Below are positions 48,324-59,394 of a stretch of DNA of 62,678 nt, piece by piece. The position numbers and the translations under genes were made by a program. Under the pieces are notes generated by a model. The model saw only the letters and a list, made by a program, of their open reading frames with translations. It was not told the origin of the DNA and ran no database searches. Every line of letters begins with the position of its first letter. The first letter of the stretch is position 1. This DNA comes from Burkholderiales bacterium. GTDB lineage: Bacteria > Pseudomonadota > Gammaproteobacteria > Burkholderiales > SG8-39. The stretch spans positions 1-62,678 of the forward strand of contig DASUFW010000307.1 of the NCBI GenBank assembly GCA_036274335.1, read 5' to 3'.

Positions 48324-49378
48324 GCTCGCCCGGGCAGCTGATCCGGCCGGAGATCCTCGCGCTCAAGGCCTACCCCGTCGCCGACAGCGACGGCATGGTG
48401 AAGCTCGACGCGATGGAGAACCCCTACCCGCTGCCCGCGGCACTGCGCTGCGAACTGGCGGAGCACCTCGCGCGAGTGGACCTGCACCGCTATCCGGACC
48501 CGACCGGCCGCAAGCTGCGCGCGCTGCTCGCGGACAAGATGCGGGTGCCCGCGGGCATGGAGATCCTGCTCGGCAACGGCTCCGACGACCTGATCCAGAT
48601 CGTCACCTTCGCGATGGCGAGGCCCGGCGCCGCGATGATGTTTCCGTCGCCCACCTTCGTCATGTACGCGATGAACGCGACGCTCTCGGGCATGCGCGCG
48701 GTGCGCTACGCGCTCAAGGCCGACTACACGCTCGACCGCGAGGCGTTCGTCGCACAGATGCGGCAGGAGCAGCCGGCGCTCATCTTCCTCGCCTACCCGA
48801 ACAATCCCACCGGCGTGCTCTACCCGGAGGAGGACGTGGTCGCGGTGCTGCGCGCCGCGAAGGGCCTCGTCGTGATCGACGAGGCCTATCACGTGTTCGC
48901 GCAGAAGAGCTTCCTGCCCAGGCTCGCGGAGTTCCCCAACCTGGTCGTGATGCGCACCGTGTCCAAGCTCGGCCTCGCGGGCATCCGCCTCGGTTACCTG
49001 GTCGGGCGTCCCGAATGGATCGGCGAGTTCAACAAGGTGCGCCAGGCCTACAACGTGAACGTCCTCACGCAGGCGGCCGCGACCTTCGTGCTGGAGCGGG
49101 TGGACGTGCTGGAGGCGCAGGCGGCGACCCTCCGCGCCGATCGCGCCGGCCTGGGCAAGGCGCTCGCCGCGCTGCCGGGCGTGACCGTGTACCCGTCGGC
49201 CGCGAACTTCTTCCTCGTGCGCGTGCCGGACGCCGACCGCGCGTTCGAGGCGCTCAGGCGCCAGGGCGTGCTGGTCAGGAACCTGAACGGCCCGGGGCTC
49301 GAGAACTGCCTGCGCATCACCGTCGGCACGCCCGACGAAAACCGTATACTGCTCACCGCCATGAAGGAGGCCCTGTGA
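48320..49378 (+). CDS. hisC: Histidinol-phosphate aminotransferase
   Basis: GTGA overlap with hisD. 352 aa with the PLP lysine motif ([10 protein letters not shown]). Confidence 0.9.
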   Translation: MSSPGQLIRPEILALKAYPVADSDGMVKLDAMENPYPLPAALRCELAEHLARVDLHRYPDPTGRKLRALLADKMRVPAGMEILLGNGSDDLIQIVTFAMARPGAAMMFPSPTFVMYAMNATLSGMRAVRYALKADYTLDREAFVAQMRQEQPALIFLAYPNNPTGVLYPEEDVVAVLRAAKGLVVIDEAYHVFAQKSFLPRLAEFPNLVVMRTVSKLGLAGIRLGYLVGRPEWIGEFNKVRQAYNVNVLTQAAATFVLERVDVLEAQAATLRADRAGLGKALAALPGVTVYPSAANFFLVRVPDADRAFEALRRQGVLVRNLNGPGLENCLRITVGTPDENRILLTAMKEAL

Positions 49379-49965
49379 GCCGCGTCGCCGAGGTGACGCG
49401 CAGCACCAAGGAAACGAAGATCCGGGTGAAGCTGGATCTGGACGGCAAGGGCGCCGCGCGCCTGTCCACGGGCATCCCGTTTCTCGAGCACATGCTCGAC
49501 CAGGTCGCGCGCCACGGCCTGCTGGATCTCGAGATCGAGGCGCAGGGCGACCTGCACATCGACGGCCACCACACGGTCGAGGACATCGGCATCACGCTCG
49601 GGCAGGCCTTCGTCAAGGCGATCGGCGACAAGTCGGGCGTGCGGCGCTTCGGGCACGCCTACGTGCCGCTCGACGAGGCGCTGTCGCGCGCGGTGATCGA
49701 CTTCTCGGGCCGGCCGGGCCTCGAGTACCACGTGAAGTTCACGCGCGCCCTCATCGGCGAGTTCGACGTCGACCTGGTGCACGAGTTCTTCCAGGGGTTC
49801 GTCAACCACGCGCAGGTCACGCTGCACCTGGACAACCTGCGCGGCGACAACGCGCACCACCAGTGCGAGACCCTGTTCAAGGCGTTCGCGCGGGCCGTGC
49901 GGATGGCCGCCGAGGCCGATCCGCGCGCCGCCGGAACCATCCCGTCCACCAAGGGAAGCCTGTAG
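49375..49965 (+). CDS. hisB: Imidazoleglycerol-phosphate dehydratase
   Basis: GTG at 49375 overlaps the hisC stop. [16 protein letters not shown] and [11 protein letters not shown] motifs. Confidence 0.9.
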   Translation: MSRVAEVTRSTKETKIRVKLDLDGKGAARLSTGIPFLEHMLDQVARHGLLDLEIEAQGDLHIDGHHTVEDIGITLGQAFVKAIGDKSGVRRFGHAYVPLDEALSRAVIDFSGRPGLEYHVKFTRALIGEFDVDLVHEFFQGFVNHAQVTLHLDNLRGDNAHHQCETLFKAFARAVRMAAEADPRAAGTIPSTKGSL

Positions 49966-50586
49966 TTGGACATTGCGGTGGTCGACTACGGCATGGGCAA
50001 CATCCGCTCGGTGTCGAAGGCGCTCGAGCGGGTGGCGCCGCGCGCGCGCGTGCGGGTGACGGCCGATCCGGCGCAGATCCGGGCCGCCGACCGGGTCGTG
50101 GTGCCCGGGCAGGGCGCGATGCCCGACTGCATGCGGCAGCTCGCGGCGAGCGGGGCGCGCGACGCGGTCGTCGAGTCGACGCGGGCCAAGCCGTTCCTCG
50201 GCATCTGCATCGGCATGCAGATGCTCTTCGAGCACGGCGAGGAGGGCGACACGCCCGGACTCGCGCTGCTGCCGGGGCGCGTGCCGCGCTTCCCGGCGCC
50301 GCGCATGAAGGGCCTCAAGGTGCCGCACATGGGCTGGAACGAGGTCCGCCAGTCCCGCCCGCATGCGCTGTGGGGGGGCATCCCCAGCGGCGAGCGCTTC
50401 TATTTCGTGCACAGCTATTTCCCGGCGCCGGCCCAGGCCGACATCACGGCGGCGACGACCGAGTACGGGCTCGCCTTTACCTGCGCGATTGCCCGCGATA
50501 ACATCTTCGCCGTGCAGTTCCACCCGGAAAAGAGCCAGTCCGCCGGGCTTCGCCTGCTCTCCAACTTCGTGGAGTGGCGGCCTTAG
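49966..50586 (+). CDS. hisH: Imidazole glycerol phosphate synthase, glutaminase subunit
   Basis: TTG start. VVDYGMGNIRSV, catalytic GICIGMQ, and the HisH motif FHPEKS. Confidence 0.9.
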   Translation: MDIAVVDYGMGNIRSVSKALERVAPRARVRVTADPAQIRAADRVVVPGQGAMPDCMRQLAASGARDAVVESTRAKPFLGICIGMQMLFEHGEEGDTPGLALLPGRVPRFPAPRMKGLKVPHMGWNEVRQSRPHALWGGIPSGERFYFVHSYFPAPAQADITAATTEYGLAFTCAIARDNIFAVQFHPEKSQSAGLRLLSNFVEWRP

Positions 50587-50613
50587 CCACCTGAGCCGTA
50601 CCCGCAGCACCCC

Positions 50614-51360
50614 GTGCTGATCATCCCGGCAATCGATCTGAAGGACGGCCGTTGCGTGCGCCTCAAGCAGGGCGACATGGCGAGCGCGACCGTGTTCAGC
50701 GAGGATCCCGTCGCCACCGCGAAGCACTGGGCGGCGCAGGGCGCGCGGCGGCTGCACGTCGTCGACCTGAACGGCGCGGTCGCAGGCCGGCCCAAGAACG
50801 AGAAGGTCATCCGCGAGATGGTGAAGGCGGTGGGCGACGCGATGCCGATCCAGCTGGGCGGCGGCATCCGCGACCTCGACACGATCGAGAGCTACATCGA
50901 CGCGGGCATCGCCTACATCATCATCGGCACCGCGGCGGTCAAGAACCCCGGATTCCTCTCGGACGCGAGCTATGCGTTCCCGGGGCACATCATCGCCGGC
51001 CTGGACGCGAAGGAAGGCAAGGTCGCGGTCGACGGCTGGTCGAAGATGACCGGCCACGACGTCGTCGACCTGGCGAAGAAGTACGAGGACTTCGGCATCG
51101 AGGCGCTGGTCTACACCGACATCGGGCGTGACGGCATGATGACCGGCATCAACCTCGAGGCGACGCTCAAGCTCGCGCAGGCGATCAAGACCCCGATCAT
51201 CGCCTCGGGGGGGCTGAACAGCCTGAAGGACGTGCAGGCGGTGTGCGAGACGCTGGTGCCCGAGGGCGTCGTCGGCGCCATCGCCGGGCGCGCGCTCTAC
51301 GAAGGCACGATCGACTTCAAGAAGGCGCAGGCCGCGGCGGACAAGGCCGTCGGCAAGTAG
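50614..51360 (+). CDS. hisA: ProFAR isomerase
   Basis: GTG start. [16 protein letters not shown] is a typical HisA N-terminus. Confidence 0.9.
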   Translation: MLIIPAIDLKDGRCVRLKQGDMASATVFSEDPVATAKHWAAQGARRLHVVDLNGAVAGRPKNEKVIREMVKAVGDAMPIQLGGGIRDLDTIESYIDAGIAYIIIGTAAVKNPGFLSDASYAFPGHIIAGLDAKEGKVAVDGWSKMTGHDVVDLAKKYEDFGIEALVYTDIGRDGMMTGINLEATLKLAQAIKTPIIASGGLNSLKDVQAVCETLVPEGVVGAIAGRALYEGTIDFKKAQAAADKAVGK

Positions 51361-51367
51361 CTCCGCC

Positions 51368-52129
51368 ATGGGCCTCGCCAAGCGCGTCATTCCCTGCCTC
51401 GACGTGACCGCCGGCCGGGTGGTCAAGGGCGTCAACTTCGTCGGCCTGCGCGACGCGGGCAATCCCGTGGAGATCGCCGCGCGCTACGACGGCGAAGGCG
51501 CCGACGAGCTCTGCTTCCTCGACATCACGGCGAGCTCGGACGAGCGCGACATCCTGCTGCACGTGATCGAAGCGGTCGCCGCCCAGGTCTTCATCCCGCT
51601 CACGGTGGGCGGCGGCGTGCGCAAGGTCGAGGACGTGCGCCGGCTGCTCAATGCCGGGGCGGACAAGGTGTCCATCAACACGGCGGCGGTGCAGAACCCG
51701 GCGCTGGTCGAGGCGGCCTCGGGCATCGTCGGCAACCAGTGCATCGTGGTGGCGATCGACGCGAAGCGCCGCGCCGGCGGCGGCTGGGAGGTGTTCACGC
51801 ACGGCGGCCGCAAGCCCGCCGGGCTCGATGCGGTCGATTGGGCGCGGCGCATGCAGGCCGCGGGCGCGGGCGAGATCCTGCTCACCAGCATGGATCGCGA
51901 CGGCACGCGCGACGGCTTCGACCTGGAGCTGACGCGCGCCGTGTCCGACGCGGTGGGCGTGCCGGTCATCGCCTCGGGCGGGGTCGGCACGCTGGAGCAC
52001 TTCGCCGAGGGCGTGCTCGGCGGCGGCGCCGACGCGGTGCTCGCCGCGAGCGTCTTCCACTTCGGCGATTTCACGGTGCGCGCCGCCAAGGAGCGCATGC
52101 GCGAACGCGGCATCGAGGTCAGGCTGTGA
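51368..52129 (+). CDS. hisF: Imidazole glycerol phosphate synthase, cyclase subunit
   Basis: [24 protein letters not shown] is a canonical HisF N-terminus. Confidence 0.95.
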   Translation: MGLAKRVIPCLDVTAGRVVKGVNFVGLRDAGNPVEIAARYDGEGADELCFLDITASSDERDILLHVIEAVAAQVFIPLTVGGGVRKVEDVRRLLNAGADKVSINTAAVQNPALVEAASGIVGNQCIVVAIDAKRRAGGGWEVFTHGGRKPAGLDAVDWARRMQAAGAGEILLTSMDRDGTRDGFDLELTRAVSDAVGVPVIASGGVGTLEHFAEGVLGGGADAVLAASVFHFGDFTVRAAKERMRERGIEVRL

Positions 52130-52509
52130 GCTGGCTCGACGAGGTCCCCTGGGACCAGGAAGGCCTGATCACCGCGATCGCGCAGGACGCCGGCTCCGGC
52201 CGGATCCTGATGGTGGCGTGGATGAACCGCGACGCACTCGCCGCCACGGTGGAAAAGGGCGAGGCCGTGTACTGGTCGCGCTCGCGCCGGCGCCTGTGGC
52301 ACAAGGGCGAGGAGTCGGGCCACGTGCAGAAGGTGAGGGAGGTGCGCCTGGACTGCGACGCCGACGCGGTGCTGCTGCAGGTGGAACAGGCGGGCGGCAT
52401 CGCCTGTCATACGGGACACGAACGCTGCTTTTTCCGCAAACTCGAGAACGGGAGGTGGGTGAGCACGGATCCGGTCCTGAAGGACCCGAAGCTCATCTAC
52501 GGCAAATGA
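52126..52509 (+). CDS. hisI: Phosphoribosyl-AMP cyclohydrolase
   Basis: GTG overlaps the hisF stop. LITAIAQD...[10 protein letters not shown]...CHTG motifs. Confidence 0.9.
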   Translation: MSWLDEVPWDQEGLITAIAQDAGSGRILMVAWMNRDALAATVEKGEAVYWSRSRRRLWHKGEESGHVQKVREVRLDCDADAVLLQVEQAGGIACHTGHERCFFRKLENGRWVSTDPVLKDPKLIYGK

Positions 52510-52838
52510 AACAGGGACTGGCCGAGACGCTGGAGCGCATCGCGCAGGTGATCGACAGCCGCCGCGGCGGCGACCCCGAGACGTCCTACGTCGCGCGCCT
52601 GCTCGGCGCCGACGAGGACGCGGTGCTGAAGAAGATCGGCGAGGAAGCCACCGAGACGGTGCTCGCCGCCAAGAGCGGGGATCAGCTGCACCTCGTGCGC
52701 GAGACGGCGGACCTGTGGTTCCATTGCCTGATCCTGCTCGCGCGCCGCGGCCTGGGGCCCGGCGACGTGCTCGCGGAGCTGCACCGCCGCGAGGGCATCT
52801 CGGGCATCGACGAGAAGTCGGCGAGGAAGAAGCGATGA
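52506..52838 (+). CDS. hisE: Phosphoribosyl-ATP pyrophosphatase
   Basis: ATGA overlap with hisI. 110 aa, MazG-like (SYVARLL...EEATE...ETADLWFH). Confidence 0.9.
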   Translation: MKQGLAETLERIAQVIDSRRGGDPETSYVARLLGADEDAVLKKIGEEATETVLAAKSGDQLHLVRETADLWFHCLILLARRGLGPGDVLAELHRREGISGIDEKSARKKR

Positions 52839-53194
52839 GCGCCGCGGACTGCCTGTTCTGCAGGATCGTGCGCGGCGAGATCCCCGCGAAGAAGGTCTAC
52901 GAGGACGAGGACGTGCTCGCGTTCCACGACATCCGGCCGGTGGCGGCGGTGCACTTCCTGATCATCCCGAAAGTGCACGTCGCCACCCTGTACGACGCGA
53001 ACATGTCGCACCACCGGCCGCTCGGCAAGCTGCTCGCCTTGGCGGGCGAGCTGGCGGCGAAGGAAGGCGCGACGGACGGCTTCCGCACCATCGTCAACAC
53101 GGGGAAAGTGGGGCATCAGGAGGTGTATCATGTGCACATGCACGTCATCGGCGGGCCGCAACCGCTCGGACCGATGATCGTGAGACAAAGGTAG
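52835..53194 (+). CDS. HIT family (histidine triad) protein
   Basis: ATGA overlap with his[21 protein letters not shown] and the histidine triad HVHMHVIGG. Confidence 0.85.
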   Translation: MSAADCLFCRIVRGEIPAKKVYEDEDVLAFHDIRPVAAVHFLIIPKVHVATLYDANMSHHRPLGKLLALAGELAAKEGATDGFRTIVNTGKVGHQEVYHVHMHVIGGPQPLGPMIVRQR

Positions 53195-53203
53195 GAGGCA
53201 AGC

Positions 53204-53437
53204 ATGGGTTCGTTCAGCATCTGGCACTGGCTGATCGTCCTGGTCATCGTGATGCTCGTGTTCGGCACCAAGAAGCTGCGCAACATGGGCGCGGACCTGG
53301 GCGGCGCGGTGCGCGGCTTCAAGGACGGCATGCGCGAAGGCAGCAGCGAGAAGGGCGCCGAGGGCGGCGCCGCGCCGCAGGTCACCGGCACCACGATCGA
53401 AGGCGAAGTGAAGGGCAAGACCGAGACCAAGGCCTGA
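53204..53437 (+). CDS. tatA: Twin-arginine translocase subunit TatA
   Basis: 77 aa. [26 protein letters not shown] is the TatA signature. Confidence 0.9.
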   Translation: MGSFSIWHWLIVLVIVMLVFGTKKLRNMGADLGGAVRGFKDGMREGSSEKGAEGGAAPQVTGTTIEGEVKGKTETKA

Positions 53438-53462
53438 GCGGCGGAACGCCGCCGACGCACAC

Positions 53463-53490
53463 GGGCGCCTGCGGGCGCCCTTCGTTTCTG
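53463..53490 (+). terminator. Hairpin (possible attenuator) between tatA and tatB
   Basis: GGGCGCC-tgcg-GGCGCCC followed by TTCGTTTCT. The T-tract is imperfect. Confidence 0.35.
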
Positions 53491-53503
53491 AGGGCCGCCT
53501 GCC

Positions 53504-53854
53504 ATGTTCGACCTGGGATTCTCCGAGTTGCTGGTGATCGCGCTGGTGGCGCTCGTCGTCATCGGCCCCGAGCGGCTGCCGCGCGTCGCCCGCACGGTCG
53601 GGCACCTGCTCGGGCGCCTGCAGCGCTACGTCGCCGACGTGAAGGCGGACATCAACCGCGAGGTGGAGATGGACGAGCTGCGCAAGATGCGCGACTCGAT
53701 GCAGAGCGCGGCGAGCGAGATGCAGTCGAGCTTCGACGCGGAGGTGCGCAAGACGGAGTCTGGCTTGAATGCGGCCGCGGAAGGCCGGGCGGAGCCCGAC
53801 GTTTCGAGCCCGCCAAAGACGGCGGGCTCGATCGAAGAAAAGCAGAAGGCGTGA
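53504..53854 (+). CDS. tatB: Twin-arginine translocase subunit TatB
   Basis: 116 aa. [26 protein letters not shown] is the TatB signature. Confidence 0.85.
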   Translation: MFDLGFSELLVIALVALVVIGPERLPRVARTVGHLLGRLQRYVADVKADINREVEMDELRKMRDSMQSAASEMQSSFDAEVRKTESGLNAAAEGRAEPDVSSPPKTAGSIEEKQKA

Positions 53855-53861
53855 GCGGCGC

Positions 53862-54620
53862 GTGAGCAGCCCGCAGGAAACCTTCATCTCGCACCTGATC
53901 GAGCTGCGCGAGCGCGTGGTGCGTGCGCTGCTCGCCTTCGCCGTGACTTTCATCGTGCTGTTCTTCTATCCGGGCTCGGCCGCGATCTACGACTTCCTCG
54001 CGGCGCCGCTCATGCACGCCCTGCCGGAGGGCGCGAAGATGATCGCCACCGGCGTCATCACGCCGTTCATGGTGCCGGTGAAGGTCACGGCGCTGGTCGC
54101 GTTCCTGGTCGCGCTGCCGTACCTGCTGTACCAGGCCTGGGCCTTCGTCGCGCCCGGCCTGTACGAGCACGAGAAGCGCCTGGTGCTGCCCACCGTGGTC
54201 GCGAGCACGGTCCTGTTCCTGCTGGGCGTGGCGTTCTGCTACTACTTCGTCTTCGGCAAGGTCTTCACGTTCATCAACAGCTTCGCGCCGAAGTCGATCA
54301 CGCCGGCGCCCGACATCGAGGCCTACTTCAGCTTCGTCATCACCATGTTCCTGGCGTTCGGCATCACCTTCGAGATTCCCATCGTGGTGCTGATCCTCGT
54401 GCGCTTCGGCGTGGTCAGCGTGGAGCGCATGCGCGACGCGCGCCCCTACGTGATCGTGGGCGCGTTCATCGTCGCGGCGGTCATCACCCCGCCCGACGTG
54501 CTCTCGCAGCTGATGCTGGCGATCCCGATGTGCCTGCTGTTCGAGTCCGGGCTGTTCCTCGCGCGCTTCGTCGGCAAGCGCGCCGACGAAGCCAAGGCGG
54601 CCGGGGCGACCGAGGAGTAG
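53862..54620 (+). CDS. tatC: Twin-arginine translocase subunit TatC
   Basis: GTG at 53862 gives ...ETFISHLIELRERV, a typical TatC N-terminus. Six TM helices. Confidence 0.9.
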   Translation: MSSPQETFISHLIELRERVVRALLAFAVTFIVLFFYPGSAAIYDFLAAPLMHALPEGAKMIATGVITPFMVPVKVTALVAFLVALPYLLYQAWAFVAPGLYEHEKRLVLPTVVASTVLFLLGVAFCYYFVFGKVFTFINSFAPKSITPAPDIEAYFSFVITMFLAFGITFEIPIVVLILVRFGVVSVERMRDARPYVIVGAFIVAAVITPPDVLSQLMLAIPMCLLFESGLFLARFVGKRADEAKAAGATEE

Positions 54621-54624
54621 CGCT

Positions 54625-55629
54625 TCAGCGGCGCAGCCGGCCCACGATGCCGGTGGGAAAGTAGTACACGCACAGGATGAACAGCACCCCGAGCCACAGC
54701 AGCCAGCGGTCGGGATGCAGCAGGGCCGGCAGGAGCGGCAGGCCCTCGAGCGCGCCGCTCGCCGCCTTCATGAGGTCGCGCAGGTAGTTCTGCGCCAGGA
54801 CGAAGATCGTGGCGCCCAGCACCGAGCCGTACATCGTGCCCATGCCGCCGATCACCACCATCAGCAGGATGTCGACCATGATGCTGAAGGCGAGCGTCGT
54901 GTCGGGCCCCGTGTAGCGGAGCCAGAGCGCGTACAGGATGCCCGCCACGGTCGCGCCCAGCGCGGCAAGGCAGTTCGCCGCGGTGCGATAGGCGACCAGC
55001 CGGTAGCCGATCGCCTCGGCGCGGAACTCGTTCTCGCGGATCGACAGCAGCACCCGGCCGAAAGGCGAGTTCACCACGCGCAGCAGCGCGAGGAAGAGCG
55101 CGAGCGACACCCCGAGCACGAGGTAGTAGGCCACCAGCCGCTCGCGCAGCAGCCCGGGCACGCGGAAGCTCAGGCCGTCCTCGCCGCCGGTCAGGCCCGA
55201 GAGCTGCGAAGCGAGGATCTGGAAGAAGGAGGCCACCGCGAGCGTGATCATGGCGAAGAAGATGGCGCGCACCCGCAGGCTGAGCAGGCCGATGGCGAGC
55301 GCCACGGCGAGCGACAGCCCGATCGCCGCGGCCGCGCCGGCGGCGAGGGCCCCCCAGCCGGTGCCCAGCTTCGCCATGGCGATGCCCACGCCGTAGCCGC
55401 CGATGCCGAAGAACATGGTGTGCGCGAAGGACACGATGCCCGTGTAGCCGAGCAGCAGGTCGTAGCTCGCGACGAGCAGCACGAACACGGCGACCTTGGC
55501 GGCCACGTTGAGCGAGCGCGTGCCCGGGAACAGGAACGGCGCCAAGGCGAGGCTGACCAGGATCGCGATCAGCAGCGCCGTCAGCAGCCGGCTGCGCGGG
55601 AAGTCGCCCGAGAGGAGCCTGGCGAGCAC
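54625..55629 (-). CDS. Branched-chain amino acid type ABC transporter permease (LivM-like)
   Basis: 334-aa polytopic protein with the LivM pattern, in an operon with LivH/G/F-like genes. Confidence 0.85.
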   Translation of the reverse strand: MLARLLSGDFPRSRLLTALLIAILVSLALAPFLFPGTRSLNVAAKVAVFVLLVASYDLLLGYTGIVSFAHTMFFGIGGYGVGIAMAKLGTGWGALAAGAAAAIGLSLAVALAIGLLSLRVRAIFFAMITLAVASFFQILASQLSGLTGGEDGLSFRVPGLLRERLVAYYLVLGVSLALFLALLRVVNSPFGRVLLSIRENEFRAEAIGYRLVAYRTAANCLAALGATVAGILYALWLRYTGPDTTLAFSIMVDILLMVVIGGMGTMYGSVLGATIFVLAQNYLRDLMKAASGALEGLPLLPALLHPDRWLLWLGVLFILCVYYFPTGIVGRLRR

Positions 55630-55632
55630 GGC

Positions 55633-56607
55633 TCAGTCCTTGCCGATCGGGAACAGGCCGCGCGGGCGCCAGAGCAGCACCAGCACCATGAGCAGGATGT
55701 TGGAGCCGAGGGCGAGCTTGGGCGCGAGGTAGCCCGTGTAGTTGGCCAGCAGCCCGACCAGCAGCGCGCCCAGGAAGCAGCCGCCCACCGACCCCAGCCC
55801 GCCGATGATCACGACGATGAAGATCATCACCAGCACCTGCGCGCCCATCTGCGCGTTGACCTGCTCCTGGTACATGGCCCACATGGCGCCCCCCAGGCCC
55901 GCGAGCCCCGAGCCGGCGACGAACACGGCGACGAACAGCCGCCGGATCCGGTAGCCCAGCGACTCGACCATCTCGGGGTTTTCCACGCCGGCGCGCACCA
56001 GCAGGCCGATGCGCGTGCGGTTGAGGAGCAGCCACATCGCGGCGAAGACCGCGAGCCCCACCACCACGGCGGCGACGCGGTAGCGCTCGATGGCCGCCTC
56101 GCCGACGATGAAGGACCCGGTGATCGTGCCCGGCCGCGGCAGCGGAATCATGTCCGGCCCCCAGACCACGTGGATCAGCTGCTCGAACACGATCAGCCCG
56201 CCCATGGTGATCAGGATCTGCTTCAGATGGTCGCCGTACACGGGGCGGATCAGCACGCGCTCGAAGAACGCGCCCAGCAGCGCCGCCAGCCCGATCGCCG
56301 CGAGCACCGCCGGGACCATCGCCGAGAGGTCGGAGGCGAGGCTCGCCGTCTCCATCTGCTTCGTCATCCGCGTGAGGACCGTGGCCGCCCCATAGGCGCC
56401 CACGGAGATGAATACGCCGTGCGCAAAATTGAGCACGTCCATCAGGCCGAAGACCAGCGTCAGGCCCGAGGCCATCAGGAAGATCATCATGCCCATGGCG
56501 AGGCCGGCGACCGTCAGCGTGATCCAGGTCGGCGCGCTGCCCACCAGCGGCAGCGCGAGGAGCGCGAGCACCGGGACCAGCGCGAGGGGCATCCAGTCGC
56601 GATTCAC
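55633..56607 (-). CDS. Branched-chain amino acid type ABC transporter permease (LivH-like)
   Basis: 324-aa polytopic protein. GTGA overlap with the upstream ATPase gene. Confidence 0.85.
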   Translation of the reverse strand: MNRDWMPLALVPVLALLALPLVGSAPTWITLTVAGLAMGMMIFLMASGLTLVFGLMDVLNFAHGVFISVGAYGAATVLTRMTKQMETASLASDLSAMVPAVLAAIGLAALLGAFFERVLIRPVYGDHLKQILITMGGLIVFEQLIHVVWGPDMIPLPRPGTITGSFIVGEAAIERYRVAAVVVGLAVFAAMWLLLNRTRIGLLVRAGVENPEMVESLGYRIRRLFVAVFVAGSGLAGLGGAMWAMYQEQVNAQMGAQVLVMIFIVVIIGGLGSVGGCFLGALLVGLLANYTGYLAPKLALGSNILLMVLVLLWRPRGLFPIGKD

Positions 56608-57329
56608 TGGTGCGAATCCAGCGACAGGCCGAGCAGCCGCGTCTGCAGCGCGGCGTCGGCGGCGAGCGCCTCCATGCGCCCGGCGTGCACGATGCGCCCC
56701 GAGTCCATGACCGCGACGGTGTCGCCCAGGGACCTCGCGAAGTGGAAGTTCTGCTCCACCACCAGCAGGGTGGTGTCGGTGCGCTTGAGCTCCCGGAACG
56801 CCTCCACCATGTTGGCGACGATGGCGGGCGCCAGGCCCTTGGTGGGCTCATCGACCAGCAGCAGCCGCCGCGGCTCGACGATCGCGCGCGCGATGGCCAG
56901 CATCTGCTTCTGCCCGCCCGAGAGGTTGCCGGCGAGCGAGCGGAGGAAGGTCTGCAGGGCCGGGAACAGGTCGAAGATCCAGGCCAGGCGCCGCGCGTCG
57001 GGCTCGCCGCCCCGCGCGGCGATCCGCAGGTTCTCCTGCACCGTGAGGCCGGCGAAGATGCCCATGTTCTCCGGCACGTAGGCCACCCCGAGCCGCGCCA
57101 CGTCGGGGGTCGCCGCCTTCGCGATCTCGCGGCCGTCGATGCGGATCGACCCCGCCGAAGCGCGCCACAGCCCCATGATGGTCCGCAGGCAGGTCGTCTT
57201 GCCCGCGCCGTTGCGCCCGAGGAGCATGGTCAGGCCGCCCCGCGGGACCTCGAAGTCCACGCCCTGCAGGATGTGGTACTGCGCGATGTGCGTGTTGACC
57301 CCGGCGAGGGACAGCAGGGGCTCAGGCAT
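56604..57329 (-). CDS. ABC transporter ATP-binding protein (LivF-like)
   Basis: 241 aa. Walker A GRNGAGKTT and signature LSGGQKQM. Confidence 0.9.
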   Translation of the reverse strand: MPEPLLSLAGVNTHIAQYHILQGVDFEVPRGGLTMLLGRNGAGKTTCLRTIMGLWRASAGSIRIDGREIAKAATPDVARLGVAYVPENMGIFAGLTVQENLRIAARGGEPDARRLAWIFDLFPALQTFLRSLAGNLSGGQKQMLAIARAIVEPRRLLLVDEPTKGLAPAIVANMVEAFRELKRTDTTLLVVEQNFHFARSLGDTVAVMDSGRIVHAGRMEALAADAALQTRLLGLSLDSHQ

Positions 57330-58086
57330 GCGCCGGCATTCCCAGGTAGGCCTCCTGCACGATCGGCGAAGCGATCACGCTCGCGGGGTCGCCGTCGGCC
57401 ACCAGCTCGCCCTGGTGCAGCACGATGATGCGATCGGCCAGCGAGCGGACCACGTCCATCTTGTGCTCGACCAGCAGCACCGTCTTGTCGCCCTGCGCCT
57501 TGATGTGCTCGATGAGCTCGAGGATGACGGGCACCTCGTCGACGCTCATGCCGGCGGTGGGCTCGTCGAACATGAACACGTCCGGCTCGAGCGCGAGCAG
57601 GATCGCCACCTCGAGCTTGCGCTGGTCGCCGTGGGGCAGCGCCGACACCACCGTGTCGCGGCGCCCGGCGAGCGCCACGCGGTGCAGGTAATGCTCGGCC
57701 TTCTCGACCAGCTCGACGTGCCGCCCCCACCTCGACCACAGGTCGCGGCCGAGGCCGGCGCGCGACTGGACCGCGAGGCGCACGTTCTCCAGCACCGTGA
57801 GGCGGGGGAAGAGGCTGGTGAGCTGAAAAGCACGCCCGATGCCGCGATGCGTGCGCTGCGGCGCGGACAGGCGCGTGATGTCCTCCCCGAACAACGACAC
57901 GCGGCCGGCGCTCGCCTTCAGCTGCCCGGAGATCAGGTTGAAGTAGGTGGTCTTGCCCGCCCCGTTCGGCCCGACGATCGCGGTGAGCGTGCCCGGCGCG
58001 AACGCGCAGCTCACCGCGTTGACCGCCGTGTGCCCGCCGAAGCGGATCGTCAGGCCCTGGGTCTCGAGGACCGGGTGCTCCGCCAC
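57322..58086 (-). CDS. ABC transporter ATP-binding protein (LivG-like)
   Basis: 254 aa. Walker [10 protein letters not shown] with a LivG-type C-terminal extension. Confidence 0.9.
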   Translation of the reverse strand: MAEHPVLETQGLTIRFGGHTAVNAVSCAFAPGTLTAIVGPNGAGKTTYFNLISGQLKASAGRVSLFGEDITRLSAPQRTHRGIGRAFQLTSLFPRLTVLENVRLAVQSRAGLGRDLWSRWGRHVELVEKAEHYLHRVALAGRRDTVVSALPHGDQRKLEVAILLALEPDVFMFDEPTAGMSVDEVPVILELIEHIKAQGDKTVLLVEHKMDVVRSLADRIIVLHQGELVADGDPASVIASPIVQEAYLGMPAHA

Positions 58087-58105
58087 GCGGTTCCCCGCGC
58101 CCCCG

Positions 58106-59293
58106 CTACTTGTTGCGGATCGGGATCGGCATCGTCATCGCGGGGATCTCGCGCACGAACTCCAGCAGGTCCCACTCGCTCGCCGGGTTCTTCTTGATCC
58201 GCCACTCGTACATGGACTGCAGCGCCTGGTGGTCCTCCCGGCGGAAGGTCATCTGGCCCTTGGGCGTGTCGAACGACATGCCTTCCATGGCGGCGATCAG
58301 CTTCTCCGTGTCGGTGCCGCCGGCCTTGGTGATGCCGGCGACGATCGCGCTCGCCGCGGCGAAGCCGCCTGCGGTGAAGAAGTCCGGCGGCATGCCGTAG
58401 CGCTTCTGGTGCTCGGCGACCAGCCAGGCGTTCATCTTGTTGCTGGGGAACGCGTAGTAGTAGTAGATCGCGCCCTCGGTGCCGGCGAAGTCCTTCCAGC
58501 CCTTCATCACCGGCAGGATGTTGCCGCCCGGCGCGACCTCGATGCCGAAGCGCTGGGGCTTGAGGTCCATGATCTTGGCCATCGGATTCGGGCCCGCCCA
58601 GATGATCGAGATGATCTTGCGGCCGGGCTTGTCCTTCAGCGCCTCGAACAGCCGCTGGGCCGCCGCCGTGAAGTCGGTGGTCTGCTGCGGCGCGTACTCC
58701 TCGTGCACGATCTTGGCGTTCGAGCCGACGGCCGCGAGCGCCTCCTTGTACGCCTTCACGCCGTCGCGCCCGAACGCGTAGTCCTGCGCGAGCATGCCGA
58801 TCGACGCGCCGGCCGGGGTCACGGCGGCGGCGCCGAAGGCGTCCTGCGTCGAGTTGCGCGACGTGCGGAAGATGTAGCGGTTCCATTTGTCGCCGGTGAT
58901 CGAGTCGGCGACCGCCGGCTCGACGATGAGCAGCTTCTTGTATTCCTCGGCCACGGGCAGCATGGCGAGCGCCACGCCCGAGCTCACCGGGCCGACCGCG
59001 AGGTCGACCTTGTCGTCGCCGTAGGCGGCGGCGAGCGCCGACTTGCCGAGGTCGGGCTTGAGCTGGGTGTCCTTCTCGAGGACGACGATCTTGCGGCCGA
59101 GCAGCTCCATCTTGCCGCCGGTCAGGTATTCCAGGCCCATCATCAGGCCGGTGTGGCTCTGCTTGGCGTAGGCCTCGAGCGGCCCGGTCTTGCCGTAGAT
59201 GTGCGCGATCTTCAGATCCGGCGCCTGGGCGAACGCCAGGCCGGTCGCCGCGGCCAGCAGCGGCGCTGCCAGCCACTTCGTCGTGCGGTTCAT
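58106..59293 (-). CDS. Periplasmic substrate-binding protein (LIV / type 1 PBP family)
   Basis: In-frame ATG at 59293 preceded by GGAGAA. Signal peptide MNRTTKWLAAPLLAAATGLAFA. 395 aa. The upstream ORF extension is Arg-rich noise. Confidence 0.85.
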   Translation of the reverse strand: MNRTTKWLAAPLLAAATGLAFAQAPDLKIAHIYGKTGPLEAYAKQSHTGLMMGLEYLTGGKMELLGRKIVVLEKDTQLKPDLGKSALAAAYGDDKVDLAVGPVSSGVALAMLPVAEEYKKLLIVEPAVADSITGDKWNRYIFRTSRNSTQDAFGAAAVTPAGASIGMLAQDYAFGRDGVKAYKEALAAVGSNAKIVHEEYAPQQTTDFTAAAQRLFEALKDKPGRKIISIIWAGPNPMAKIMDLKPQRFGIEVAPGGNILPVMKGWKDFAGTEGAIYYYYAFPSNKMNAWLVAEHQKRYGMPPDFFTAGGFAAASAIVAGITKAGGTDTEKLIAAMEGMSFDTPKGQMTFRREDHQALQSMYEWRIKKNPASEWDLLEFVREIPAMTMPIPIRNK

Positions 59294-59394
59294 GCTTTCT
59301 CCTCGGAGTGTGTGTGCGGGGCCGGCGGGACGCACTGTCTGCGCCGTCTCCCACGTTGAAGAATCTACGCCGAAACGGGCTTCGTGGGGCCGCC